A stretch of 64,000 bases of DNA, taken from assembly GCA_011109175.1 (NCBI GenBank), contig RDEW01000012.1, positions 1,032,552 to 1,096,551 of the forward strand. The letters run 5' to 3'. Position 1 is the first letter of the stretch. Every line of letters starts with the position of its first letter. Origin of the DNA: Dicyema japonicum (lineage: Eukaryota; Animalia; Dicyemida). The notes beneath the pieces were generated by a model. The model did not search any database, was not told the origin of the DNA, and saw only the letters and a list, made by a program, of their open reading frames with translations. Shown in pieces: positions 35,293 through 49,174 of this stretch. The translations under genes and the position numbers were made by a program.

Positions 35293-36744
35293 TGGACGTC
35301 TTTTGCCCGTTATGTTATTCCGGATGGACTCTGTTTCTGTAGAAGTGGAAAATGGATACTATTATCTAAATTACTCATAATCTGCAAATGTTCGAACACA
35401 ACAGTACCAAATCAGCTAACAATTTGATTATCTCCAAAAAGTTTCCGGAATTGGTTCACTAACTTTTAAATTCCTTAGTCTCTATGACTTCGAAACGCGA
35501 TATTCTGACTTGCAGGGAGAAAAACAACATCGACAATTCGTTCGACGTTAATACTCATTTCTCTCGGCAACATCACTGCAGATTGAAGGCAGTAAGATCG
35601 TTTTGACGCAATCCTGGTACTGAGACAAGTAGATCACTTGATGCTAATTGAACGAAGGAAAATGGCACAGAACACATGAAAAGAACCTACAACCAACTAG
35701 CCAACGGGGGATTCAACCCAGGAATATCGTTATGGTATCATATGACTAGGAAGGTTTGTCCTTAAAGTATGTGTCCCTACACATTGTTAAACGACTGTCA
35801 TACAACATCTTTAGTCAAATATCCATTATGTGTTTTAAGCACGTGGTACAAGGATCTAAGGATCTGTTAGTGCAAGTCATTCCCTTGAAGACAAATATAG
35901 CGTCCATTACTCTGTCAGGATCGCTTTAGTGGATTGGTTGATGTATCCCTGAGAGGTTTTCGGCCAATCTTTTGAGTTTTTTTCAAAAATAAATGCCAAC
36001 AAAAGTATACGATTGTTTCAACATGCTTCCTATTTCCTATGCCTTTCAAACTGTTTCAACACAAACAGAGACGCCCATTCAGATTACCCATCTTCACGAA
36101 TAGAATCCATGCATGCCAGAACAGACTCCATGACTCAGCTGACGTTGCATAACTTCTCTGTATTGAAGGTAGAATTAACAAGAACACTATTAACCTTGCT
36201 ACCGGTGATGTAATGAAGAATTCAGAATCTTATTGGCGCATTACGAGTATCCACAACTGGTATGGTGCTAATTCCGGGAACTGGTATCGTCTAGCTGCTT
36301 GACTATATGTCTTACCCGGTGACCACAGACTTCTAAATAAAGTGGTCCTTGGATGCTAAAAAAGTTCCGTATATTTTCTTCATAAGTTCGATTATTCGTT
36401 ATGTATCTACTCGGTTGTTGAAGCTGACGATTCTGTGTGGTGAGACTATGACCATTAATCTGAATAAGAGGGGACCTAAGGAGGTGAAATGACATATTGG
36501 TGGCTTTTTTTAAAAGGAGATAGGTATGAGGATACCTCGATTTTTATTAAATCTAACTCTTATTGATTGAGTGGTTAACACCTGTCCAGTAATGTCTTAC
36601 TAATCGAAATTAGTTTAGGCGGCCACGAAAACTCTTCCTACGCATCTAGATTCGTAGAGGGAAAAGATTTGGATCACGTGAGTTTGCTTACACAGGAAGC
36701 AAAGGATAAAGTTTTAGTTTTAAGGTGCACGTGGTTTGACATTT

Positions 36745-36930
36745 AAAAACCAAAACAACCTTTTAGGAAAGAAACACGCCCACTAGGTGACTCCAGCATC
36801 TTTAGTAGCCTCTCGATGTTCCTCCCGCGATCCAACGCACTTTCTATAAACTCTGGGAACACACCGTGCTTCGGGGTATCATTTGAACACCCATTCTCTT
36901 CAGAAGGACCTCAAATGGCATAACCATGCC
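36745..36930 (-). mobile_element. LINE 3' end related to the 29625/54060 family
   Basis: YRKCVGS...DAGVT* matches YRKCVGSQ...DAGIT*. Confidence 0.55.
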
Positions 36931-37035
36931 TAAAGAGCAATAATGATAATTGATTTTTATTTAGTAAAGAATTTGTAAGTTTTTTAAGTTACACAATTAA
37001 TTACCCAACTCATGATTATATAAAGCCCAGTAAGA

Positions 37036-38498
37036 ATGGTAGAAAATGCATTTCCCCAAATTGAACCCTATCCCACGTATATTAGCATTATTATGATAAT
37101 AGCCAATGAAAATGATATAAACTGGTTTAACATTGAGCCGGACAAATACGGATCATTTGGAATACAGCTGTTTAGATCTGAGTTTGCAAACTGGACCACG
37201 ATTGCTCTTAAAAGTTTTTTTTCCTACCTTGGATATGTCACGAACGTCCACATTGACAAAACTGACAGGTTGGGAGTTAATTGACATTCAGATTTATCTA
37301 CATTCGCTTCAAAAGGAAAATTGAGGCCTACACCGCCATGATCTTCGCCAAATCATTTTGTAAGGCAAATCCGGCCCTAAACACGAAACTGCTAAAAAGT
37401 GACCCCAACTCGCTTGTGTACGTCCAAATCCTCAACATTAATTACACGCCGGTTTACTGTAGCTGTTGACATGCAGAAAAATCTCGTTCAAACTTTCCAG
37501 CCTTACATCCCCACAAAGATTTTACCCCACAAAATTCTCAAGTGGTAATTTATTTGTTGCTATGGGAATTTAGCGTTTATGTAATTTACTTGACTGACCC
37601 TTTATTTGTCGATAAAGTCCTGGAAGACTTTAAGGATGGAGAACATCCTTTTAAAGTCAGTCTTGAAGATCCAGCCGGTTACTTTATCCGAGCAAGGCTG
37701 AAAAGTCAGAACGGGAGGTCGAGAATAAAGTCATCAATGACCTTTGTGTGACTTTATCTGAACAGGGGGAGCGAGAAATAACAGAAACTAAGAGTTTGAA
37801 TTCTCTAAAAAGCTTAGATTTGGTACATTTGAGTAGCAACACGGAAAAATTTGTTAGTCTTTCCCACGTGCTCAACAATAAATATATTACAAGTGAAATC
37901 CTCGGCGCCATCTATGAAAAGTGCTTTGGACTCAGCCTTGATGAGGCTTTGATCGAACTTCAACCAAATTCTAAAATCCAAATTTTATGCAAGGAAAACT
38001 CACATCAAATTATCTGGGGGATTGTGATTTTCAATGAAAGTGACAAAGCCGTTTTTCGTGATTTTTGAGATTTTAGAGGATCGCCGAGAGTTCCAGATTG
38101 CTCAACGAAACGCTGAAATTTTTTAAAAATGGCGGTTTCCTTGAAGAGCTAAAGGAATCTGAGTCTAAATGTGGAGCAGAGATAAATGGAGTTATCCACC
38201 GGTTGGTCAAATTTTATATTTTCTTAAAAGTGCATATTTGGTGGAAAAGGAAAACAAAATAGTATTTTTGGTGGACAAGGGAACTCTGGATATGGCTGAG
38301 TCACTTTGGTCTCTTCCTGATATATTCTGGAGTGATTTCCCTCCGTCCTTGCTTAGGCCATTTGTTGTCATAAATACTGCCACGTGGACCAGATTCAAAA
38401 AGGGTGAAGTAATGAAGGTCAAAATAGACAGTCAATTACCACCACCTCAGGTATTTGGATATTTTAGTTCTTAGAGTCACATTTTTACGATATTATGA
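37036..38498 (+). CDS. TDRD10: RRM + extended Tudor protein, TDRD10-like
   Basis: RRM LKSFFSYLGYVTNVHID..RFIYIRF...EA..AM and a likely second RRM; spliced Tudor KCGAEINGVIHRAYLVEKENKIVFLVDKG...LPDIFWSDFPPSLLRPFV (TDRD10: DDFWTIPPLTQPFML). Introns 37269-37291, 37452-37476, 37545-37573, 38051-38076, 38202-38230, 38451-38474; one junction near 37680 unresolved. Confidence 0.65.
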
Positions 38499-38729
38499 TC
38501 AACTTTAATAAAGTCTCTTCTCTTTAAAATTTATTCCACGTTTTTTGTATAATTAATTAAATTTTTCCCAAGACTGAAATCAAACAAATACTTGATCCTG
38601 ACGCGTTCCAGCAGAACCATCACCAAACACAGTGATCCAAAACACTTGTCCGGAAAGCTGAGGTCGATTCCAGAACTCGGCACCAGGGAACGAACTTGTA
38701 TCCTGATAGAATGAATAAATGGATCCGAT

Positions 38730-38845
38730 AAAATTCCAGCCAGGCATTGAGCCTCTTATGACTAAGGTGTGGCAGTTAACGGCACCACAGAGAAGGAAGA
38801 AAAATCTTCAATCAATTAGCCACGTGCACCACATAGCACCACGGT
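38730..38845 (-). mobile_element. SINE-like copy, diverged subfamily
   Basis: Reverse complement matches the 33210 copy. Confidence 0.55.
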
Positions 38846-38993
38846 CTATACGAATCGCTTTATGCTTATAAGTCTATTTTGTTAAATAGTAGCTGCCCAA
38901 GCGGTCAATTTAGGTTGTGACGTGTTAAGAGAAATGTAAACTTCTCTTTATGATAGATACATCTATCAGAAGCTGGACGTATAGGATGATAAT

Positions 38994-40059
38994 TAGGGCA
39001 ATTTAAGTGCTAAAATGCTATTTTTATTTTTATACTAATTTTAATATAAAATTGAATTTGGAATTAATTTTTTTAATTTTGTTAAAAAACATACATTATA
39101 AATGCTATAAATGCTATTTTTAATTTTAAAAGCTAATTCTTTTTTAAATGCTAATTTAAATTGCATTTAAAAAATCATTTTAATGTCACCCAGTTTAAAA
39201 AAATTTGTAAAATAATAATAACGAGTAAATTAACTAATTAAACGTATTTTGATCCAGATTGTTGGTAATTCCTCTTCTTCTCTTAGAAGAAGAGTGTGCC
39301 ATAACCTCCCTGTTACTCCGCATCTCCACATCGAATTCAGTCAAAATATCTCCGTTAGAGTCCTGTGGGCTGTCCTCACGGCATGTTAGTTTTACAAGTT
39401 GGGAGGTAGCTAATGTCACCCATAAAATGATGATAAAATAATTTAAATAAAATAATTTAGCACGCTATTTAGTATTTTTAGTGATGCCAAAAACCAAGTG
39501 TTCGTTGCTTATGAAAGCTAAGCGTAGTCCGGAATTTAAAGATGAGTTCTGTATTGCTGATGATGGTTTTCTATTTTGTTCTCTTTGTTTATCCAAAGTT
39601 AACTGTTCAAAAAAATTTCTGTTGATTCTCATCGTTCTTCTTTAAAACATCAGAACAATATGTGTATAAATTTGTTAATATAAATGTAAGTCATTCATTT
39701 AATTCAGTTCAAACAACAACATCAATCAAAGTAGATTCGGTTGATGAAACGATCACGGAAGCTTTCGTACAAACAAACATCCCCCTATACAAATAAAATA
39801 AAACATTAAAATTAACATTCCGTCCGAATTTTCATGCAGACTACAATTAAGTTTTTGCAAAAAAAAGATAAATGAGTTGACAAAATTATTAACGTATAAA
39901 TAAAATTTAAATGTTATATTTTATTATTTTAAGTTAAAGATTTTACGATTTTAAAAGGTAGATTTTATCATTTTAAGCGCTATTTTTTATCTATAATTTC
40001 TAGATTTTGTGATTTTGTAGCGCTAAAAATTTTTTAAGTGCTAGAAACAACTTGCCCTA
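38994..40059 (+). mobile_element. Internally deleted hAT transposon (CGGBP/hAT19-like zinc finger)
   Basis: TAGGGCAA...TTGCCCTA termini, perfect 8-bp TSD atgataat (38986-38993, 40060-40067); from 39484 MPKTK...LFCSLC...VDSHRSSLKH and later EAFVQTNIPLYK. Confidence 0.9.
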
Positions 40060-40329
40060 ATGATAATCAAAATAATTCTACGTATATTGCTATGATAATG
40101 GTAGCCTCATATGCGCGTGTCCACGTCAATAGAAACTCGATAAATTTGTCGTCCGATTTTGTCAACTACTCTTGATATCAGTTAGTGTGCTCAACAAAAA
40201 AATGTCCACAAATACATGTCATTATCCGACACAATATATATTAGTGATCGAGACGCTTTTTATTAATTAATTAATTAAAAAGCACTCCCGAGAAAACATA
40301 AAATTAGTTAAGTTTCCCTTGTGTCGTAT

Positions 40330-41560
40330 TCCGAACCATTTTCTCCGTTATCTTAGACCATGATCTTCTGTTGCACACTAGTTCTCTTAGGTAGTCCAGG
40401 TAGTCCGCCATTTCCATTATAATATCAGATGCTGTCCACACCCTTGTAACATAGTGAATCAGGTCCTGATGGACTGCAAATCCGAGACCATAATATCGAC
40501 AGGCCGACGGGAGGATAAAAAGGTGGAAATTTCCAAACAGTTATGTACATTGTACGGTCGTTTTTGTCTCTTGTAGACAGCAGACAGAGACGTCATATTT
40601 GGTTAGATCGCATACCAATTGGTGTTTCTTGTAAGGTTGATCAAGTCCTCTGCAATTGAAAGATCCCAGAGTAAACGGAGAAGTCAGTAAGGAACATGAA
40701 TAAGACATAGTGCAATAGAGGTGTCGTCACCACCTCACCCTATACGTTTTTTATTAGAGTGAATTTATTCCAAAAGACCACAAGCAAAGACCCAGAAGTA
40801 GATATAATTTGATCCCCACTCATCCCAGTAGACACTCAACATGGCTCTTTGTTTCTCCCCGAGCCCATACAATCCCGTCATGGAAAGGGAACTGATTATA
40901 CGAAAATAAAATTTAAGCGAAATAAGTTCAGCTTTATTGAGTTTTTTAGAGAACCAAGTTGACTTTTTTGATTGTGGGGGGGGGAAATAGCATATCTCAA
41001 CTGCACGTAAGTTATCGAGCATAATGGTTTGATAGAAATACTTGATGGTAAGACGACCAACTGGACAGAAATTTTCTTGCTTTTAGACATTCCTCTTAAT
41101 AGGTTATTCGTGGAGACATCTATGTACACATATCAATGACACGACATGTGGAGATGTATTGCTTACAGCCTAGTTGATACTCTTTAAGGTCAAGCTTCCC
41201 CAGTTAGACTTCCGTCACGCAAATAGAGTTGTTAGTTGTTCTTTAGGTGCGAGAAAGACATCTATCATGGATAGTGGTCACGTGTTGTAGTGTGTGGAAT
41301 AAGACAGGATGGAACTCAAATTTTCGAGTCGTCTTGAAGTTGAAGTTTATTCATTACTAATCGCATAGTCTCATTCCTCTTCAAGCCATTCATTGACATG
41401 AACGAGTCCACACATATCTTTGACTTTCAGCTGTTTGTAGTTCAAAATCTCTTACGAGACTTCCAGAATGTTACTCAAGTCAACCGTTTTTAACATACAC
41501 GTGACTTCAAATCTGATTGACCTCCGACTTTTAGCCACAAACGGAGGCATTCTATAAATC
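40330..41560 (-). mobile_element. Heavily decayed APE-type LINE ORF2 segment
   Basis: DHYP (end of APE domain) near 41275 and SPSGPDSL near 40465; many stops. Confidence 0.35.
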
Positions 41561-42317
41561 GAGGTCAGTTTACTAAAAATGATGTTGGGTTTTTTATTAG
41601 GAATTTAGAGTTGAACTGAGAGAATAGATTGAGTAACCCCAATATTACGGGACTAATATTCTGGAAGTCGTTATTTATTTTTGGCCTCTTCGGCATTAAT
41701 GTCCGTCCAACTTTTTATTAAAATATATAAATACAGAAACCTCCGAAATCTCTACTGAGAGGGTTCGAGTCATTCGTCAGTCCTACGTAAAACAACTTGC
41801 TGAATATGTATAGAATTAGCATTTCGTTATTCCTTTTAATTCTTTGAAGACGTCGATAACAAATGTTTGGGAAACAAATAAAGGAACGAATCTTATTTCC
41901 TACTTCATAAAGCGCTAATAAAACTAACTGAATCCAACTCTATTAAACCCAAGCATTGAGGTACCACTACTTTTGCACTCTATATTAGCTTGTATATGTT
42001 AGAGGAGTACAGTCTTTACCTCATTATTGCCCCCTCTATAACTGCGAGGGAAATATGCTGAAATAACTACGAACATTATAGAGAAATTTCAAGAATTTAG
42101 ATTTGACTTGTCATCCACTCAAAAAAAGGACGAAGATCAGATTCTCAGAATTTCTTCAATTGAAACTTGATAGATTTGAACAAGAATCTTATGATTATGC
42201 GATACATTCTTTGTTCGAAAAGTCAAGAGTCCAGATATAGCTCGATGCCCAGCCGAGGGGATCTTCATGAACCATCATAATTACCACTATTTTTCTGCAA
42301 TTAACCACTTGGCCAGG

Positions 42318-44640
42318 AATATTGTTTGCAGATTATGAAATTTAATTATGAAATTAAATTATGTAATAAACTACGTAATATTCTAGTAATAATTAATATA
42401 TAAACAACGTGTTAAAATAAGAGCCGCAAATAGAAATCTCATCATAATTCACATATAAACAATATTTGGTTATCAATACCTCCAATTCAAAGCAAAACAA
42501 ACAAAACATTAAAATTAACACAAAATAGCAACATTGTTTCATTTTTTGTAGATTTTCATTTCCCGCTTATTAAAGACATAATCTCTATTATTTGGTGAAA
42601 TGCCTAAAACATTATTTTATTAAATCTTGTTCCCGCTGTCTTCAAAAATAAACCTAACAATTTCCAGTGTTTATTCAAAACTTCATTTTTTCAATACACT
42701 ATTGTTTAGAATAATTTATGAGTTGGTCTTTTAGAATTGGTTCAGCCACCTCTCATTTCATGTCAATTTATTATTATGAAACATTACAAATGATTTTATT
42801 GCTTATTTCCATTTATGTCATTTTCATACTTATCCACGTCGAACAAGTAGAAGTTGGGAAATAATACCTTCCATAATACTCAGGACTGGGTTTTCGTCAA
42901 TAAATCAATTTAATACTTGATTTCTTCCCATCCACAAGTTATTTCCTGGGTACTTATAATCAATCCGTTATTTAACTTAATAGTTGAATCTGCAATGGGG
43001 GTGTAACTAAAGGAATAATGAAAATTACATTGTGAAGCTATTGATCCCGTGTAGTAGATTCCACTTAAATTATCAGTGAAACCTGCCAGTCATTATAAAC
43101 AGTAATTTATTAAATAAATCATTTTGCTACGAATTAATTTATCATCACATACATTCTAATTTGAGAAATAGTTTTCTAATCGAATAAGCATGTATTTCTG
43201 GTGATGTTTTCAAATTACTATAACACAGGATATTTTCAGATCATATCGTCTAATAATATACAGATTTATTATTTCCATGAGAACTGTACTGTTAATACCC
43301 ACCTGTTAATTGGTCCTATAAAGTCTGATGGAAAAGTAATTATTTATTACATTCATATACAAAAACGAAAAAATTGGAGCGAGAAAAACAATCTTTGATA
43401 TTTCATTGTAAACCTTCACTTTGCTGATTGAGATACTATTTCCAATTCTGTTATTTTAATTCTGAAATGAAACGATTTTTGGTTATTCTCTGTTATTAAT
43501 GCAAACCTAAATAATCTCTATTATTAATTCAAAACTCTATTTTTATATCCGCTCATTAATTTTGAGATATTTTATGAAAGCGTTGGTCTCAAACCAATGA
43601 AACTTGATTAGTTCAGCTACCACTCACTTTGCGTGAGACAATAGATGCCCAAATTACAAATTCTTGTTTTATAAGACACTTATAGTCATTGGACCGCAAC
43701 CCCGTCATTTCATAAGCAGAAAAAGAATAAACAATCTATATCGTTTGTTAATTTTTAATGAGAAGTTTTTATTATTCAAAACAAAAAAATCAAAATAATC
43801 CCGCATAATGAATTGAGTGGCAAGGAAATCTTTTCGAACGTTAACTTGCTTTCTTTGGCCCGAAAAGTCCGCTTTTCTAGACGAAAAAAAATGATTAATA
43901 ATTCAAGTTGAAGAAAACGGATGGGAAATAATACCTCCCTTAATAACTTAGGACTGGAATTGCCGAAACAATAAATATATTAATATTTGATTCCTAACCC
44001 ATCCACGTTATTCGCTGATTTCTTATAGTTAATCCGTTATTTAACAAAATAGCGGAAACTGCGGAGTGGTAGTCATGGTAGCTAATGAATTAGCAAAAAT
44101 ATACGTAACGAAGCAATAGTTCCTCCTGGATAAAGCCTCATTTGTAATATGAACCCTGTTCTTTCAAAAATTGGCTTTATCTCCCGTTCTGAGATATTTG
44201 GGGGTAGATTCCCCACATATACTGATGTATTCACCAGATCCCTGGTAGAAGATGCCACCTAAATTATTTGTGAAACCTCTCAGTACATCACCCCTGACTA
44301 TTACAAAATAGTGTTATTAAATGCCTCAAATTCGAAGTAAAACAAACAATAATCAAAATAACAAAAAAATAATGTTTATTCATTTTTATTTCCCGATGAA
44401 ATTTAATCAATAATTTTTGAAATAAATCATTTTCATTGGAATTATTACATCATGTCATAAATTATTTTTAGTATGTTCCAGTTTGCCTAAAAATAAATCT
44501 ATTTAATTTGATTTTTGACCATCCACAAGTTATTCGTTGATTCTTATGAATAATCTGTTATTTAACAAAATAGAAGAAACTGCGGAGGGGTACTCATGTT
44601 AACTAAAATGTATCAAAAATATGCGTAACGAAGCGATTTA
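42318..44640 (-). repeat. Right arm of the inverted duplication with three TIA1-RRM3 copies
   Basis: Copies at ~42850-43090, 43920-44290 and 44480-44640; another at 45360-45520. Confidence 0.9.
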
Positions 44641-45666
44641 TTACATCAAAAAAACCTTATTTTGTTCAATTTTGCATTTTGTAATCTCTACATACCAGAC
44701 AGATTCATCGAATTCTCGAAGTAAAGTTGCTAATAAGATTTTCGCTAAGTAAACAAATAATTAAAACTTTGAGAAATAAAATTTGATTTGTAATTTATAC
44801 ATTCTAATATCGAAATACTTATTACAAACAAATCCATTCAGAATTATGGAAAGGATGAGAAAATATATCTGACCAAAGGAATTTTTATTATTGATTCAAA
44901 ACTCCATTTTTTGTTTTCACTTATTTAATACTCTATGATGGGTGTAATCTTAGGACAATGAAACCAAATCCAATCAGTTCAGCCACCCCTGACTGTTGTG
45001 AGTACAATTTGTTTTAGTGGCTATGAATTAAATTATGAAGTCTTCTTTCCGGCCTTCAAAGTAAAACGCTCTTCCTTGTACAGTCTTCGCTTTGCTCTCC
45101 TGAGCGAACTGATATTATATTTCCGAGTCAGAGTTACTTAAAAGTTTAAATAAAACGTTTTTTTTTCATTCTTGTTTAAATTCTTTCTCAAGAAACCGAA
45201 GCAATAAGCAGTAAGTTCCTGATCTTCACAAAAAATTCGGGCGTATGCCCTCGCTAATAAGCCGAGATGACTGTGAAACACAATGGCCTATCCAGTTGGT
45301 CTCCATAGCGGTCCATAGTGTGAACCCAACTCGCAAAAAGGTATAAAGGCTCCATAACAACTCAAGACTTGATTTTCCTAAAATAAATGAAATCAATTTA
45401 ATACTTCTTGATTTTCCCCGTCCACATGATATTATCTTGTTTCTTACAAATAATCAGTTATTAACAAAATAGGGAAACTGCCGAGGTTAGTCAGAGTAAC
45501 TAAATAATTAGTAAAAATATAGATGACACCTCTTAGGAATTTACGGAGTCATGAACAGTTATTAACTAAATAAATGTAGCTAACGTGGTTAACTTATTAT
45601 CCGACGAATAAAGGTCTAAATCATAGTCATAGTAGGGTCTCTGTCTTCAAGTCCAATTTGATAGTA

Positions 45667-47098
45667 CAGTAAACTCTCTCAAATATGCCACTCTTAAATT
45701 TGCCAATTCTGAAATTCGCCATTTTTATCGATTTTTTCTATTTTCAATGATATTTGCCAATTCTGAAATTTGCCAACATTTTTAAAAATTATTTTTATTT
45801 TTATTTAATATTTTTAAAGATTTAAATAATTTAAAGCAAGCATGGGCGGAACGTTCCTGTTGGAGGCGACAAAAGAATTTCAATTGCTCAAAAAGTGGAA
45901 ATATAGTGGTATAAAGAGACCAATAAATCAGCTTCATTTCAGACGATATGCAACAGGTTTTTTTAAAGAATCTCAAATGACAGTCAATGCAATATTAATG
46001 AATGCAGAATCGCTTTTATTTCAGTTCAAGAACAGAAATCCTAAACTAATAACTTGTAAAAAAATAAAATACCCGGAGCTTGATGAAAATCTAGTAGATT
46101 GGATGGATTCAATGGAATCAAAGGTATACTATTTACTCTAACATTTAAGGTGCTTTATTGAACGATTCTATAATATTACATAAGACAGAATTTTTACTAA
46201 GAACTTTCGTTAACTAATTTTAAAAAATTTTACGAGTTTTTGGAAAAAATAAAAAAAAGACATGGATTAAGAATGCGTAAATTACACGGCAAATGCGCAC
46301 TGAACAACATGTGGATATTGATGGCTTTTAAAAAGAATTAGAGAAGTTTTAAAGAGTTACTCGTCTGAAATATTTGTAAATTGGATGAGACATGAATATT
46401 TTATAAATTGATTCCTTCCTGGAGTATTTGCAAATCACTATTGAGGAAGAATTAACAGCTATTGAGGAACAAGAAAATCAGTTAAGTAGAAGTACATGAG
46501 TCATTAAACCACGCTGAAATGCTTTTAAAATTAAGAGAGATTGAAAATTAGAAAACATTGAAAATGACAATGATGCAGAATTCATTCTTTCATTAAGAAG
46601 ATATAAACAAAATATTAAATTTCTAATAAGAGGCAATTGGGAATTAAATAAATCTTTTTATTAAGGAAAAAAGAGAGTAAACGGTTATATAGCGGCTGCC
46701 TTGACTGCGAGGCTATTTCCTTTCAGAGTGGCGAACGAAATTTGCTTAAATAACCAGCACTGCTCACGAGGGTCTCCTTCGTGCAGCGATCCGATTCCCT
46801 AGACCATTCAAAAGTTCCAGCGTCGCAGGCGCAAGGGAACCAGACTTTTCAACGGCGAGTGGAATAAACAAAAAATCCTTGGGTAAGATTGAATAAAGTG
46901 TTACTTTAATAAAATTTAATTAATTTTTGTTTTCTTGGTTAAAATATTGTTTTCCTTATAAATGAAATTTATTAATTTAAATATTTTAAATATCTTTAAA
47001 TTAATTAAAACTGCAAATAAAACTTTATTCTGAAATCTAATTATCAAATTTGCCACAATTTCGATGGAACCAAAATCGGCAAATTTGAGAGTTTACTG
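45667..47098 (+). mobile_element. pogo/Tigger-like DNA transposon, defective
   Basis: TIRs cagtaaactctc.. / ..gagagtttactg with TA on both sides; CENP-B HTH KYPELDENLVDW, RKLHG, LDET*IFYKLIP. Confidence 0.9.
46680..46885 (-). mobile_element. CRE-like 3' fragment nested in the pogo element
   Basis: FIPLAVEKSGSL...DPREQCWLFKQISFATLKGNS. Confidence 0.8.
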
Positions 47099-47139
47099 TA
47101 TTAGTCTATCTGTTGATCTTATAAATATGTAAAACTGCA

Positions 47140-48420
47140 TGGAATGAAAATTTTGAGTATAAAGAAAACCAAAGAAGTAGCAAATAATTTATTAATTGCC
47201 CACCAGTTTTATCACACAATCCAATTGTGTTGATCAGTTTAACCGAAAATTATATGATTTCTAGATATACTTGCAACAAATTTGGTATGTTCGTCTGATA
47301 AAATCATAATTTTTAAAAGGTGCAATCACTTGGTACAGTTTGGAATCTCTTTGAAAGTATTGACTGGTAAATAACTTATTTGTTCGATTCTCATTAATGT
47401 AGAAATCAATTTGGTAACTTTTGTCTGTAAAGTGACAATTTTCTCGACTTTGCTAATAACTGCTGCAATCAATTTAATGACTGGTGCGGTGAGTGGGCAA
47501 GTGGATATATACAATCGTTAACCATTTAGGAGACTCTAAAGAACATGGTCGTTCCTGAGCGTGCTAAGATAAGATTTCCAAGTCATTTGAAGAAAGCATA
47601 AAACGAAATACCGAACTCCCCTGAGCTCTTTTTGGGTAAAGAACAAACGTCACATCACTAAGAATCTACCATACTTCAGGCACTTACATTTTAGCCTTCC
47701 CAAAGACTCAACATCCCATTCTAATTTTAGAGTTGGAATTTCTTGCATAAAATAATCTAAATTTTATCTCCCAATGCTTAAACGTGGATAAAGGATTGCT
47801 TTATTATCGACTGAGGATCGTAGCTTGATCTAAGAATGAGATTAAATAAGGAATCTCTATATTCCCATGGCAGTTAACCATGGCTACGGTATATGGAAAA
47901 ATAAAAGAAATCTGACAAATTTTAAACCACAAAAACTGAAAATAGTAAAGAACAAGAGAAATCATGCGTTTCGGAAAATTCAATAAATTCTTAACTTTAT
48001 TAAAATTCTAATTTAGAATCTGAGGCATCCAATTATGAAAATATCCTTACAGTCGGACAAGTTTACTAACTTCAAAGATCGGACATCAAGGATTGCCAGA
48101 ACATTTCAATTCTGCAGTCGATAGAAAAAGTCGAGGTTACAATTCACATTAAAAGTATGTTAAATGAGTTGAAATTATATTTTATGGTGATGATAGTATT
48201 TCCTGTAGATTATAAAGAGATTAGCAGAATTCTCACTAGAATCAAAAAAATGGTAGGTTTGATTTTTGGGATACATCATTTGTGCTTCGAAAGATCTCCA
48301 ATAAGACTTCATGATTTTATTTTTTCAAAAACAATAAAAATATTCAAAATATGTATTATTCAATAAATTCCTGGTTTAATACTTTTTTATTTATTTGTTT
48401 ATAAAAAACGAAAATAATGA
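47140..48420 (+). pseudogene. dve/SATB-like homeobox paralog, disabled
   Basis: 48125-48400: KKSRLQFTLK(S)MLNELKLYF...FP...SINSWF has dve homeodomain spacing (FDPEMELPKLQKWF); needs one frameshift; stops upstream; 5' boundary uncertain. Confidence 0.45.
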
Positions 48421-49174
48421 ACAGGGAAATACTCACATTTTAATCAGAAACTCTGGATGACATAAAACTCAAGAGGATAAGGCAAAGACTTGTCTGATCT
48501 CACACGGGGAGGCACAAAAAATAGCCGATAATGTCTAGAATATGAAAATCCATCGTAAAAATCATTGATAGGAAAGGAGAATGTGATATATCATTTGTCT
48601 CTACATTATCTAGTTTGCTTTAGTAAAAATCGTCGAAAATTCCTCATTCTCTACAAAGCTCATAAACAAGTTTTCATATCAAGAAGTTAAAATTGAGATA
48701 TTGACGTGTTTTACTAAAAAGGATCACAAAATAGATTTGGTCAGGCATGTTCCCTTTAAAAACTTTAAATATATACCGCTTTTACATCGTAGACAAAAAA
48801 GGTGTTGAACGAAGGCATAAAAGAAACACGGGAGGCATACCTGACACGTGTATCAAAATAGAAATGGAATTCTGAGTCGCTGACAAAGTGTTGATTTGCA
48901 TAACACGAATCTTTCAATTATGGCATAATCAGTGTGTAACTAGACGTAGTGTATGGAACAAAAATGCTTGCTGGATCCTTGGACTCTAAGAAAGCGATAA
49001 AAATGCGGAAACTGATATCGCGGAATATAATTCAAACGTTACTTTGGGATCACTTAGCAACATAACTTGTTATCAAAATCTACAAATAAATGTTTCAAAT
49101 AGCAAATCCATCAAGTCCAACGTTAAAGAAATTTTAGCGTACTCGTCTTAGAAATAATTTTGATAAATACTCAA

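Noticed and set aside
41761-41772. tRNA B-box GGTTCGAGTC
   Set aside because: No A box or cloverleaf around it; I found no tRNA or rRNA genes in the window.
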